Of a stretch of DNA of 64,000 bases, positions 39,764 through 52,742 are shown piece after piece. The stretch spans positions 39,680,001 through 39,744,000 of the forward strand of contig OZ024740.1 in the NCBI GenBank assembly GCA_964016885.1, in the 5' to 3' direction. Source of the DNA: Eledone cirrhosa (Eukaryota). The stretch's first letter is position 1. Each line of letters opens with the position of its first letter. A program made the position numbers and the translations under genes. The notes beneath the pieces were generated by a model. The model did not search any database. It saw only the letters and a list, made by a program, of their open reading frames with translations, and was not told the origin of the DNA.

Positions 39764-40077
39764 CTATATTTGTAGGAAAAGAGAAAGAAAAAACATGTAT
39801 TAGTCACAATATTACATGCTTAAATCCACATATATATATATGTGAAAAATGGCGTGCTGCGTGGTTGCACATGGGTTACATATGAATAAAATTAGTCCAT
39901 CAGTGATCTTCCAACCTTCATTGGTATTTCTTCGCTTTAAAGATCATATACCTCTGGTTGGTGCGAGCAATAACTAAAGAAAGTTATTGGGACATGTAAA
40001 ATAGGGTGAAGCGAGAGAGACATGTAAACAAACATAGATGGTAATGCAATGGAAAGAGAGGAAGAGAAGAGACAAGT

Positions 40078-40131
<54 letters not shown>

Positions 40132-40580
40132 CAAAGTAGATGTTAAAAAATCCTTTAATAAAGCTGTGATACACATTTCAATAGCAATCACAGCTACATA
40201 ATGTACCTATCATGTAACTGGGTCACGCTTACTCATCAGACACCATCTGATGTAATAAGGTTACATTTCCAGGGCAATCCAATCTAAAGACAAGAGAACG
40301 GACAGATGTGATGTTTTCATTGCTAATGCCTGTTCCCCTGTGGACTTTAGTTCCACTCTACAGTTGTGTACAGGTATGGAGGTGGAGGCTTGACTGACCA
40401 TCCACCAATCTATCATCCACTCCTTGCCAGCAGCTAGAAATATGGAGTGAAGATCTCACACAGCTGGTGAGATATTATGGTCAAAGAGTTCAATTCAGCC
40501 CAAGATGTTTTACTTTACTGCTGGGTTCTTATCCAACAGATGCCAATAGTATTAAATTAGAATTCCAGAAGTGGCATGTA

Positions 40581-40615
<35 letters not shown>

Positions 40616-40663
40616 AAAGAATGAAGAATAACGTGGTCGGCTGTACAATAGGGTTTATTTAAA

Positions 40664-40772
40664 GCATAAACAATTGTTTCATTAATCCATTGTGTCTAAA
40701 AGTCACTGATCGTTAGAAGTTACATCACACGACCTTAATTACACTCAATACCCGATCAAATCATCAGAATAC
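40664..40772 (-). ncRNA. Degenerate type I hammerhead ribozyme (Penelope pLTR-like remnant)
   Basis: Minus strand reads GTATT CTGATGA T TTGATC..GATTAA T GAAA CAATTG TT TATGC. Palindromic stem III, followed by AATAAA and then (TA)n. Confidence 0.55.
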
Positions 40773-41052
40773 AGATTTGTGTACATGATACAGTGCACTA
40801 GTATTTATAGATACATGGGAGAATAACATAAATGGAAACAACAATAATAATAAGAAGAAGATTAACTACAATAATAATAGTAGTAGTAGTAGTAGTAGTA
40901 GTTGCAGTGATGAGTGGATAGAAGCGTAAAAAAGTAATGATAATAATAACATGGAGAAAGTGAGGGAAGTGGTATGAAAAGATGATATGATAAGGGAGAT
41001 ACTTGGATAATGTAATAAATAAATAAATGAATAAAAATATATATATATATAT

Positions 41053-41574
41053 CAACTAGAAATTGATTGGCACCCTTAACTCACAGTTGGGTGCGGATGC
41101 ATTCATGTATATATGTGTGTGTCCGCATGTATCTGTGTGTTTCTTAATATATTAATAACTCCCTCTGGTCGAGCAATCTTTGAAGTGTGGGGACAACTGG
41201 AAAGCTTCCATTACTCATACTTCTCGCCTTCTTCACTACCTCTTCTACGGCCTCGATATGAATACCCCCTCCGCCTCCGTGGTATTTTCTTCGTGGTTAT
41301 AAGAGGCTTAGCTCTGTTTCTCGACCGTTATATCGCGTGACTATCTCCCCCTCCGCCTTTTGGGATTCTTTCTCACGTCGTGTAGACGCGTTCTTGAGAC
41401 TAGTAAAATGAGGTATCCTCTTGATAAGTCGGCAGACCTCGCAGGGACTCTATATCTTTGATATATTGTTTTTGTTTATGCCACGAAACTACGTAGTCGA
41501 GGAATTTAGGAACAGTTTAGGTATGATACATTTTATTACTAATTATATCTAAATGTTTCTTCTCTCTTCATAAT
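41053..41574 (+). mobile_element. Putative Penelope-like pLTR or non-autonomous ribozyme-bearing retroelement
   Basis: CpG-rich block of about 520 bp bounded by (TA)n on both sides and containing a hammerhead. No ORF homology seen. Confidence 0.6.
41416..41503 (+). ncRNA. Type I hammerhead ribozyme with U3-A8 core variant
   Basis: TCCTC-TTGATAA-GTcGGCA...TGCCAC-GAA-ACTACGTAGT-C-GAGGA. All three stems and the GUC cleavage triplet are present. Confidence 0.82.
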
Positions 41575-41577
41575 GTA

Positions 41578-41619
<42 letters not shown>

Positions 41620-41709
41620 TTTATTATGGCTAAGTAGTGAGCCTTGTTACTCTAAAGTTTCACCACCTGTACACTGGCAGGATCTCCTCCAACTGCATAC
41701 GTGTCTGTC

Positions 41710-42005
41710 TAAAGTTGTGTTGGTGCCGCGCCATCCGGGCCGAAACAAATGAGATCGTGTAGGTGTCACGACAAAAAAACACACAGTCCACGCTGTAATG
41801 TGGCCGTGTAGGCAACACGGTAAAAACCTCCCAGACCCACACTGTAAATGTGGTTGGTGTTAGGAAGGGCATCCAACTGTAGAAAACCTGCCAGACAGTC
41901 CTATGCGAGCAAGACAATCACTCTTGCCTCAAGTGGGAAAACCCCCGTCCAAACCCATGCAAGCGTGGAACACGGACGTTAAACGATGATGATGATGATG
42001 ATGAT
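41710..42005 (+). mobile_element. RTE family B fragment, 3' UTR only
   Basis: Near-identical to 27530-27828. (GAT)n tail runs into (TA)n. Confidence 0.92.
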
Positions 42006-42393
42006 ATATATATAGATATATATAGATATATATATATATAGATATATATATATATATATCCAGTGAACCAATCATGTTCAAACTTGGCATGTGAGCTTCT
42101 TAGACACAGGAATAGGTTTTTCCTCACTGAAATTAATGCATGCAAGATTTCACAGCTCTAGAATCACTTCTTCATAGTCAGCCTATGAACGTTTCAGTTT
42201 AGCCTCATGCCTGTGTGTGTATCATCATCATCACCACCATTTAACATCCATTTTTCCATGCTAGCATGGGTTAGACAAGTTGTCCCGTTGTGAGAGAAGC
42301 CAGGTCTGATGACCATGACTTGCTCATACAGAACACTGATTTGGGGTTGGTTTCTACAGCTGGAAACCCTTCCAAACAACAACCAGATTTACA

Positions 42394-42429
<36 letters not shown>

Positions 42430-43479
42430 GGGTAAAAACATATATATATATATATGTCAGGTCGCTTTTCAGCGCTACTGGTAACGTGTAACCCAATACA
42501 ACTTGTGTATGGTCAGGTCATCGGTGGCTAAACTGGCAACCCCACCAAGCTTGCTTGGTGAGGAGGGTGATTTTGGACACCCTGTGGGATGAAAAACAAA
42601 ACCTGTCAAAAGGCAGAACTCAGTAAAGTCAACGGCCACAGCCATCCAATAAAATATATATTTTTTTTGGAGCGAGAGACTCCTAGTCTTCATTAAGGTC
42701 ACTCTGATATAAAGCCTATAATTTAATTTGCATCTAATGAAGTAGACCTGTTCTTCTTTTTGGGCAAATGCATTTGATATTCAGAGATTGGGATTGGCCC
42801 TGTGCAAAGCCTTTCTTCACTTAAAAAAGCTTCAAGCACATACATCGCTTGATATGTGTCATTTTTGGCAATGCATGGCATTGCTGGCCATAGGTAAGTC
42901 TATACAGAACTAAAAGGCCACATCTGTGATGCTCATGCTTAAGTATCAAACAATAGCATTACTCAAAATTGAGTTGCACCATTTATATATCTGTGTGCGA
43001 GATGAGTGAAGAAGTGAGAATTTGAGAGACAGCACATGTGAAATTAAATAGAGTGCTGAAAGTCAAAGATGGAACTCAGCAAGTAAGTTAACATTACATG
43101 AAGGAGGAGATAAAAAACAGAGATAAAGAAAACATAGAAAGTGAGCAACACATGTTCAATTTGTAGCCGACACTAAAGCAACAACACATGCTTGCTTCAG
43201 TATTGAACACCCCCCCCCCTCTCTCTCTCCTCTATTGTCATACATTCTTTATATCTCTTCTGTGTGTGTATATATGTCATATCTACTTAATATTTAGCCC
43301 ATGAAAAAAGACCTTCATACAGTTTGAGGGGATTGTGTTTGTATTTTAAGGCACACTCAGGAAAGAAACTCTGAGTAAGTCATGTTTGTAGTTGGCGGTG
43401 ACACTATTGACGTCTCACCATTACCATGACTACCAACGTTATTTTTCCAAACACAAGAAAGCTTCTAGATATAAGTTTG

Positions 43480-44060
43480 AAATCAGATTCCAACTAGATC
43501 CTTCTTGTTCTTCACCCACTTATTCCTGAGAGAGACATGAGCACAGTCCTCAAACACTCCCTCCAGCGAATCTGTCAGAACCAACCGTCTCCAACTGATC
43601 CGGCTGAATCTCCAAGTGTGACCAGCCACACTCATGGATGTTATCCCATCATCTTGCTCGGGGTCTACTCCAGTAAAATCTGTCCAGCAATTCTTTCCTG
43701 AAACATTCTAACCATATGCCCATAATTTCAGAGCTGTGATCTCTCAATTCGGAGAAGTAGCAGCTTTACCTGGAGTGACTCTCTGATCTCCATGCTATGC
43801 ACTCCAAGTAATGTTACTCCAAAGACCTTCGGAGGAACCCCATTTCAGCTGCTTGTATTTGTGATCGTATTCTTTTGGTCATTACCCAAGATTCATGACC
43901 AATACCAAACTGAAAATAGTGAGTTTGGCTTTTACACCTACCTCCCTTCTTCTGATTACCGAATGCTGAAGCTAGTGCATTACTGCATTAATTCAGCCTC
44001 CTGCCTTCGTGAACACGGCCTTGAGATACTTGAACTTCTCCACCTGCTTCAGTGGAACAA
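43480..44060 (-). mobile_element. Degraded RTE (Expander/Rex3-like) 3' region
   Basis: Minus strand reads GHESWVMTKRIRSQIQAAEMGFLRR. Confidence 0.75.
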
Positions 44061-45738
44061 AATCTCTATGCAGCTTAATTGATCTGGATGTGGCCTAGCC
44101 CCCTTAAAGTGTAAGAAGTTAAGGGTCAAAAAACTTGCATGAGGTGTGTGGGGGGAGGGGTCTTCTCTGAAGACTTTCTGCTGTCCAGCTCTCCTGAGAG
44201 TTTCTGACTACTATCCTCTTCATATCTTTCCCGTGTGTGTGTATTTCTGCCATGTTTACTTATACAGCTCCATGTGTATATGTGTGTGTGTGTGTGTCAG
44301 CCTCTCATTAAATTTGGGGTTCATTTGATTTATGGAAACACTACTAAAAATAACACGTGAAACCTGTAATATTTTTTGCATATTCATTTCTGTTAGTTTT
44401 TGGTTGTTGTTTCCGAAAAATAATTGAAAGTTAATGCAGTGAGTCCTCATACAATGAAATTTGACTCAACTTAGATCCATCATTAACAGAAAAATTTTCA
44501 ATTTTTAGATAAATAATAGTGACATTTGGAAGATGCAAGCAAAAAATGCTACCGAAGAATAGACCTTCATTTGGAAGAAAATCTCAAAGTTATGGCAAAG
44601 CAGCTACAGAGGGAGAATGAAAATGAAGAGCAGTGACTAGAAAGACTCCAAAAACTCAAGAAAAGCAACAGCGAAATATAGACAAAATGAATCAGAACAA
44701 AGATCAAAAATGCTTGCTGATGATATTGTTATTTTGATTTACAAAATATATGCTAAAATCAAACACTTTCATTCCAACCAGATACATACTAACTGATAAC
44801 TTTAGTGTTCAGTTGCTAACTCAAATGTGACAGTAGGTATCAAGTGTACATATAGATGGCTGTTGGGTACAGAAGACTGAGGACATACTATATAGATAGT
44901 AACAGGGTACAGAAGACTGAGGAGGATATACTGAAGAGGGAGAATGCGTCAATTAAAGTACTTGTATGTAGTCACTGAACTTGCTGGAGAAAACAGTCAC
45001 ATAACCCTCAAATTATAGTTAACTATCTCTAAATAAAGGATGATATATTGGACAATATAGTTCCCGATATAGAAACAGGTCAAGGATGGAACAGCTTTGA
45101 TCGTAAGTCTGTTAGATCATGGATCAACTAGATCAGGAATCACTCAGGCTACAACTACTTGCCTATCACTACTCTTGTCTCTCCTTATCACTACTACCAT
45201 ACCACTAAAATTTTCTGATCCTATCTCCAAACCTCAAGGACTCTCTTCTATTCCATATTTTCCCTACATACATCAACATGTACAAGTTGAAGCTAAGCAT
45301 CAACCATAATTACTTCACTAGTCTGCAAATACTTGTAAAACACGAATGTTTCTTCTACTTGGACTAAATGAAAAAAAAATTAAAATTCCCAGTTTCCATG
45401 AATACTAATATTTGTTATTAAACAGAAACATTTAAAATAACCCAGTAGAAGAAGGCTACAGTGGAGGTAGACCAAGGAAGACCTGAGCAGAGGTGGTGAG
45501 AGGTGACCTGATATCGCTGACACTCAGAGGAAATAAGTAAAGAACGCAGCAAGTGGAGAAATGCTGTGATGAAATGGATCTGTCCAACCCATGCAAGCAT
45601 TGAAAACATGTAAAAACCATGATGATGATGATGATGATAGCGGAGCTGATAGAGTAGAGGACAGTAGTTGTCTATAGATAGCTGATGATGGTGATCATGA
45701 TCAGTTGAGTTATATAAAACTGTTTTAGCATAGCTTAC

Positions 45739-45868
45739 ATTTTCATGTGTCATATAACGTAACATACGTATTTCCCTGTAGGTTCTCTTGGCATGGATGG
45801 ACGTTAGGAATGGACGACTTAGTTTCTTTATAGCAACATCTTTTCCTGTCACTACATCGTAAGCAGAG
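45739..45868 (-). CDS. MAPK14: p38 MAP kinase internal exon (equivalent to exon 2): [43 protein letters not shown]
   Basis: tgttgcag|CTCTGCT...GAAAAT|gtaagc. 130 nt, phase 2-0; contains the VAIK lysine and the alphaC glutamate. Confidence 0.97.
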
Positions 45869-46204
45869 CTGCAACAGAAAAAAACAATTTATACCATTAG
45901 AAACACATAATAATAATTGCTATAGAAATTTTACTGAAAACTAACAGCAATACAAATAGCTACTAAACTGTACAATGTAGTAAGTCAAACTTTTCATTAC
46001 ATAACTTATTTAGATCAATTAATTCGAGATAATAATAGAAAAACAAATATGTAAACAAGACAGTAACCAAACTTGTATAGTTTCTCCATCTAAATAAAAA
46101 ACATCTGTGTTGACCACTGTTAGTTGAAACATCAATTTTATAGTGCTCCCACTACATATAAATATTGTAGCACATGTTTGAACCTATTTATTTCTATTAA
46201 TTAA

Positions 46205-46498
46205 CAAATACCACTACTTAATTACCAAACTGACTTCCACTTAATTACCAAATACTTCCACTTAATTACCAAACAGACCTCCACTTAATTACCAAAGAGA
46301 CCTCCACTTAATTACCAAAGAGACCTCCACTTAATTATCAAATACACTTCCACTTAATTACCAGATAGACCTCCACTTAATTACCAAATATACTTCCACT
46401 TAATTACTAAGTAGATTTCCACTTAATTACCAAATACTTTCACTTAATTACTAAGTAGGTTTCCACTTAATTACCAGACTTCCACTTAATTACCAGAT
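46205..46498. repeat. Degenerate minisatellite of about 20-24 bp (CCACTTAATTACCAAA...)
   Basis: About 13 copies of the CACTTAATTA core. Confidence 0.88.
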
Positions 46499-46584
46499 AG
46501 AGTTATGAATAAATTACACATTGTTCCATGAAAATATGACATGACAAAGCAGCATGCGATACCTTAATTCAAAATATATCGTAC

Positions 46585-47270
46585 ATGCCTGTATACGAAC
46601 AGCAATGTTACATGGCAGTGAGACATGGGCATTGGGCTGCGCAAATTGGAAATAGTAATATACACGAATGGCAAAGCATAAATGAACTTAGTGAGAAATT
46701 AGGCATAAGAGGGATCAGATGCAGTATACTAGAGAGGAGATTGCTTTGGTATGGTGATGTAATGCATTCGAAGGATGACAGCTGTATAAAAAAAATGCAG
46801 AGCAATTGATGGAAGCTACAGAGTAGGAAGACCTAGAAAGTTCTGGGTCGAGGGGATAAAAGCTGACCTTGCACACTTGCACCTTTCTAAGACAATGACA
46901 CAGGATTGAGATCTTTGGCGCTATGCAGTAATACAGAAGACCCGCCTTCCCTTGTACACGGACTTTAACCTACAGTCAGTTGGGACCTTTTAATCCCATA
47001 TACACCCCCACACCCCTACATCTCACTCCCACTTTCACCCACACCACCCTTACACTGTAAAGTGGCCGTGTAGGTGTCACAACAAAAGGCACCCAGCCCA
47101 CACTAAATGTGGTTGGCATTAGGAAGAGCATCCAGCCATAGACAATCAGTCAGAAACAGTCCTATATGAGCAAGACACAGTCACCCAACCCAACTTACCT
47201 CAAATGGGATAAACCCGTCTAACCCATGCTAGCGTGGAAAGTAGACGTTAAATGACGATGATGATGATGA
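46585..47270 (+). mobile_element. Older degraded RTE 3' fragment related to families A and B
   Basis: Fragments ACIRTAMLHGSETW and SINELSEKLGIRGIRC with indels; homologous 3' UTR and (GAT)n tail. Confidence 0.9.
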
Positions 47271-47319
47271 TAATGATTGTAAAAGTTGTATTTAAAATGG
47301 ATGTGAGACTTGAACCAGG

Positions 47320-48165
47320 AGACTTATAGCAGAAGAATATACAGTATATCATACCTTTGACAGCTCGGTGTATTTGTCAAATTTGATATAAACCACAAGT
47401 ACAGTGGAACGTCAGTGCATGAACGCCTCTCATCACAAACAAATTGGTTCAAAAACTACTTTCCTGAACATAAAATGTCTCAGGTGACGAACAGCCTTCA
47501 GGAACAAATTAAGTTTGTGAACCAAGGTTCTACTGTATATGCAATATATTCTACCGTTGACAGCTCAGTGTATTTGTCAAGAATTGACTTATAGCACAAG
47601 AGTATACAGTATATTGTACTGTTGACAGCTCAGTGTATTTGTCAAGAATTGACTTATAGCACAAGAGTATACAGTATATTGTACTGTTGACAGCTCAGTG
47701 TATTTGTCAAGAATTGACTTATAGCACAAGAGTATACAGTATATTGTACTGTTGACAGCTCAGTGTATTTGTCAAGAATTGACTTATAGCACAAGAGTAT
47801 ACAGTATATTGTACTGTTGACAGCTCAGTGTATTTGTCAAGAATTGACTTATAGCACAAGAGTATACAGTATATTGTACTGTTGACAGCTCAGTGTATTT
47901 GTCAAGAATTGACTTATAGCACAAGAGTATACAGTATATTGTACTGTTGACAGCTCAGTGTATTTGTCAAGAATTGACTTATAGCACAAGAGTATACAGT
48001 ATATTGTACTGTTGACAGCTCAGTGTATTTGTCAAGAATTGACTTATAGCACAAGAGTATACAGTATATTGTACTGTTGACAGCTCAGTGTATTTGTCAA
48101 GAATTGACTTATAGCACAAGAGTATACAGTATATTGTACTGTTGACACCTCAGTGTATTTGTCAG
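47320..48165. repeat. 65-bp tandem repeat, about 9 perfect copies with degenerate edges
   Basis: Period of 65 (47581 to 47646). The unit has two inverted repeats: TTGACA-N12-TGTCAA and ACAGTA-N5-TACTGT. Confidence 0.96.
47402..47535. mobile_element. Tc1/mariner (Tigger/pogo-like) MITE
   Basis: TA|CAGTGGAAC...GTTCTACTG|TA, inserted in the first degenerate 65-bp unit. Confidence 0.75.
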
Positions 48166-48377
48166 TGATAAAGGGCAACAGAGGGGACAAAATATGAAGC
48201 AATAATCTCCAGTTTATATGCTAGCAATATATAAACTTATTGAACTACATTGCAATAATTACACATTAATGAAAGATGTCAAAAAATTCACTTAAGTAGG
48301 GTAATTAAAGCAAGTTGATTGTTCTATCATTAGTTAATAAGATAAATTATGGAAGTTGGGATATGAAAAAGGAATTT

Positions 48378-50940
48378 CATCATCATTATCGTTTAACCTC
48401 TATCTTCCACGCTAGCATGGGTTTAGATGGGAATTATCCCACTTGAGGCAAGGTTGGTCGTCTTGCTCGTATAGGACTGTCTGGCAGGTTTTCTACAGTT
48501 GGATGCCCTTCCTAACACCAACCACATTTACAGTGTGGACTGGGAGGTTTTTACTGTGTTACCTACACGGCCACATTACAGCGTGGACTGTTTTTTTTTT
48601 GTTGACACCTACATGACCTCATTTATTTAGGACTGGATGTTGTGGTACCAACATAACTTTACAGAGAAAGGGGTGGTGTTGATGGGGGTGGAATTGAGGT
48701 AGTGGAATGGGGGTGTATATTTGATTAAGAGGTGCCTACTGACTGTAGGTTTCGCTTTGTACTTTAGCAAGGCAAGTCTTCTGTATTACTGCGTAGCGCC
48801 AAAGATCTTGGTCCAGTGACATTGTCTTAGACAGGTGCAAGTGTGTAAGGTCGGAATTTATCAAATCGTCCCAGGTTTTTCTGGGTCTGCCTAGTCCGCA
48901 ACTTCCATCAATTTTGATCGCCCTGCACTTTTTTTATACAGCTGTCGTTTTTCATGCGCATCACGTGACCATACCAACGTAGAGTAAACACCATCTGATC
49001 CCTCTTATTTCTAATTTCTCACTTAGTTCATCTATGCTTTGCTGTTCACGTATATTACTATTACACATCCAACGGAGCATGCAAGCTTCGTTCCTCTCCA
49101 GTCTGTGCAGATCCACTGCACACAATGCCCAAGTCTCACTGCCATGTAACATTGCTGTTCGTATGCAGGCATCATACAGTCTGCTTTTCATTTTTAGAGA
49201 GAAACCTTTAGCGGCCAATAATGGTATAAGCTCTCTGAACTTTTTCCATCCCGTTCTGACTCTAGCTACTGTACTTTCAGAGCACCCTCCACCACTGCTG
49301 ATTTTGTCACCCAGGTAACGAAAGGTGTCTACTATTTCTATAGAGCCATCTGGGCAATAGAAGGAGCTAGTATCATGTGGGCACTTGCTACTTATTGCAC
49401 CTGAGCACTGGCCACATATAAAATCTATGTTTTTAGATAGCTTACCTGTGATCCCACTACATCTTTTATGCACCCATACTTTGCATTTGGGACATAAAAT
49501 GGAGTTTCTGCCTACTCCTTTCCTACACACTGAGCATGGCCATTTCCCAGAGGGGACCTGTGCCCTATTTTCCTTCCTACATACTAGAACTTTAGTCTCA
49601 GACAAGTTAACTTTAAGGCCTTTTGATTCTAGGCCATGCTTCCATGTTTGGAATTTCTTCTCTAGTTCAGCCATCTGCAGCCGATCTTGAACTCCTCTGT
49701 TATAGCCTGAAGGGCAATAATAAATAGGAGGGGGCTAAGGAGAGAGCCCTGATGAACAACTTTTACGCTAAATTCTTCACTATATTCATTGTTAATTCTA
49801 ACCTTGCTGACTGTTTCTTTATACATAGCTTGTATAGCTCTCAAAAGCCATTCATCAACTCCTAGTTTTCTAAGGGCCCACCAGATAATAGCGCGGGGGA
49901 CTCTGTCAAAGGCTTTCTCCAAGTCGACAAAAGCTAAGTATAGGGGTTTACTTTTAACTAGGTACTTCTCCTGTAGTTGTCGTACAAGGAAAAGGGCATC
50001 TGTGGTACTTTTACCTGCCACAAACCCAAACTGCATTTCATCTAGATCAATTCGCTCTCTGATTAGTTGCGCTATAACTTTTTCTGTGACCTTCATGACC
50101 TGGTCAACTAACTTAATGCGTCTATAGTTTCCCCTATATAGAGCATCTCCTTTACGCTTATAGCAGTTAATGATGATGCTGCTACGCCAGTCATTTGGTA
50201 TGACCCCGTTCTGTATGACTTGGTTTACTATCCGGGTGACCATAGTGTGTCCCACCGTTCCAGATGCTTTCAGCATTTCAGCAACTATCTCCGAAGGCCC
50301 AGCTGCCTTGCCTGTCTTCATATCTTTGATTGCTTTACTTATTATACTACCTTCAACTAGCACTGCTGGTCCCTCTATTGGATCGATTTGGGGCAGACTA
50401 TCTTTTTCCCATTTATTCTCCTCATTTAGTAGCCTCTCGTAGTGACACTTCCAGGCTATCTTCTTATCAGCATCAGTGATGGCAAGTACACCATCATCAT
50501 TACGGACACACTTCTCCCCGACAATATCACAGTTTTCCTTGATACATTGCCTAGCAATCCTGAACACCTCACGTTTTTGGTCCTCGTGTTGTAGAACCTG
50601 CTTGAACTTTCTTTCCTCTGCTTCCCTTCTTGCAAAGTACACTTGTCTCCTAGCTTCCCTCCTGGCCACTTGATAGTGTTCTCTACTTCCCCCATCCCGC
50701 CATACTTTCCAAGCCTGCTTTTTGGCCTTGATTGTCTCCTCCACCTTACTGTTCCACCACCATGTTACTCTCCTCCTACCTACAGGCCTGCTCCAGCCAC
50801 AGATTTCATCCGTCGCCTTCAGCAGGTTAACTTTCAGGAATTCCCACTGTTCCTCTATATTGTACGTCTCTAATTGCTCTTCCTTACTGTCAAAAGCATC
50901 AAGTAATATGCTTTTAAATTTGTTACTGGCTGTGGGGTCC
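48378..50940 (-). mobile_element. Older RTE family B-like copy, inactivated
   Basis: Split ORFs 49662..50744 and 48961..49674. A deletion near 49675 removes WELLYADD; further indels elsewhere. Confidence 0.94.
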
Positions 50941-51737
50941 TAACGGACGACCTTAAGAAGCTGAATCTCACAAAAGACAAGACAAAGGACTGTGAGTATT
51001 GGTGGCACGTGGTACTTTCGAGAAAGTTATAATTAATAGAAAGCTTTTACTATCTAGGTGCCTTCATTAGCAGTGGTGGTGGATTTACCAAAAGTGTTAC
51101 AGCCACCAGAGTGAGAACAGAATGGAAGAAATTTAGGATAAGGCAATGGTGATAGTGGTGGTAATGATGGTGGTAGTGATGGTGATGGTGGTGGTAGTTG
51201 TGGTGGTGTACTTTTCACACAAAGTTGAAAAAGAAAATTCAAACACAACTTTAAACTTGATAAAGTAGATCTTATCTGCTAATATTTGTAATTTTCCTTT
51301 CCCTGGTGAATGGTCCCATCCCAAAACACAAAGAATGTTTATATTTCCCTATATTATTTAGTAATAAATATTTGACCACTCCTAGGAAGTTCTGAAAGGA
51401 TACAATAACATATACATTAATACTTAAAGTAGAGTAAATTGCTCACTTTGCTGTGTTAATTTATTCTTTAAACTGTCTTTTATGAAACTCTTTCGATACT
51501 AAACCACTTAAAACTGTCCCTGATTTTATGATACAAAACTGTTTGTTTTAAAATGTTTAGATTTATCTAAAAGCCTTCCATCATAATTTTATCTAAGGAC
51601 CTTTAAGTTAATGTTGCAAACACCATCTTAATAATGAGAAAATTAGATATAATACTATACCTTATTTTCAAAATTATTTTAAAATTATAGGCAGTGTCTT
51701 GCATAAGAAATATGCTAACAAAAGGGTTAAAGTGATT

Positions 51738-52152
51738 ATCATCATCATCATCATCAACGTTTAACGTCCGTGTTCCACGCTTGCATGGGTTTGGACGGGG
51801 GTAGTCCCACTTGAGGCAAGAGTGATTGTCTTGCTCGCATAGGACTGTCTGGCAGGTTTTCTACAGTTGGATGCCCTTCCTAACACCAACCACATTTACA
51901 GTGTGGGGCTGGGAGGTTTTTACCGTGTTGCCTACACGGCCACATTACAGCGTGGACTGTGTGTTTTTTTGTCGTGACACCTACACGATCTCATTTGTTT
52001 CGGCCTGGATGGCGCGGCACCAACATAACTTTACATAGAACGGGGTGGTGTGGATGGGGTGGGGTGGTGGTGGTGGGACGGGGTGTATTTTGTTAGAGAT
52101 GCCTACTGGCTGTAGTAGGTTTTACTATGTATTTAGGTAAGGCGGGTCTTCT
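51738..52152 (-). mobile_element. RTE family B 3' UTR fragment
   Basis: Near-identical to the 22079 and 36535 3' ends. (CAT)n tail. Confidence 0.93.
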
Positions 52153-52350
52153 ATTTATCTAAAAGATTTCAATATGCATTGACTGGGATGTTTTCTATAC
52201 AAAATATGTGAATGTCATAAAAATTGCTGCTTACTACTATTACTGCAGTTCAGAGAGTTCACTGCCAATCATGACCTCACAATTAACCTCTTTACATCTG
52301 GAATGGACCACTTATTAAATAATCTACTCACACCTAGTTTCTTCATTAAC

Positions 52351-52742
52351 ATCATCATCATCATTTCATTTTACGTCCTCTTTTTCCCTGCTTGCAAGGG
52401 TGGGACGGGAACCGATTCTGGTTTAATTTCTACAGCTGGATGACCTTCCTAACACCAACCCCATTTACAGTGAGTGCTGGGTGCTTTTTTGCTGTGGCAC
52501 CTCCACGACCACTTTACAGTGTGGGCTGGGTGCTTTTTTGCCATGGCACCTCCACGAGCACTTTGCAGTGGAATGATATGGACCCCAGTCCCTATCATCT
52601 CATTTTTACAGCTGAGTAAACTGGAGCAATGTGAAATAAAGTGTCTTGCTCAAGGAAACAACACATCACCTGGTCTGAGAATTGAACTCACAACCTTTCG
52701 ATTGCAAGGCCAATGCTCTAACCACTAAGCCATGTGCCTCCA
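52351..52742 (-). mobile_element. tRNA/CORE-like SINE with RTE tail (short-tail subfamily)
   Basis: Homologous along its length to 38601-38989. Confidence 0.9.

Noticed and set aside
47538-48165. CRISPR-like palindromic array, or TTGACA bacterial -35 boxes
   Set aside because: Units are contiguous with no unique spacers, there are no cas genes, and the context is a eukaryotic intron.
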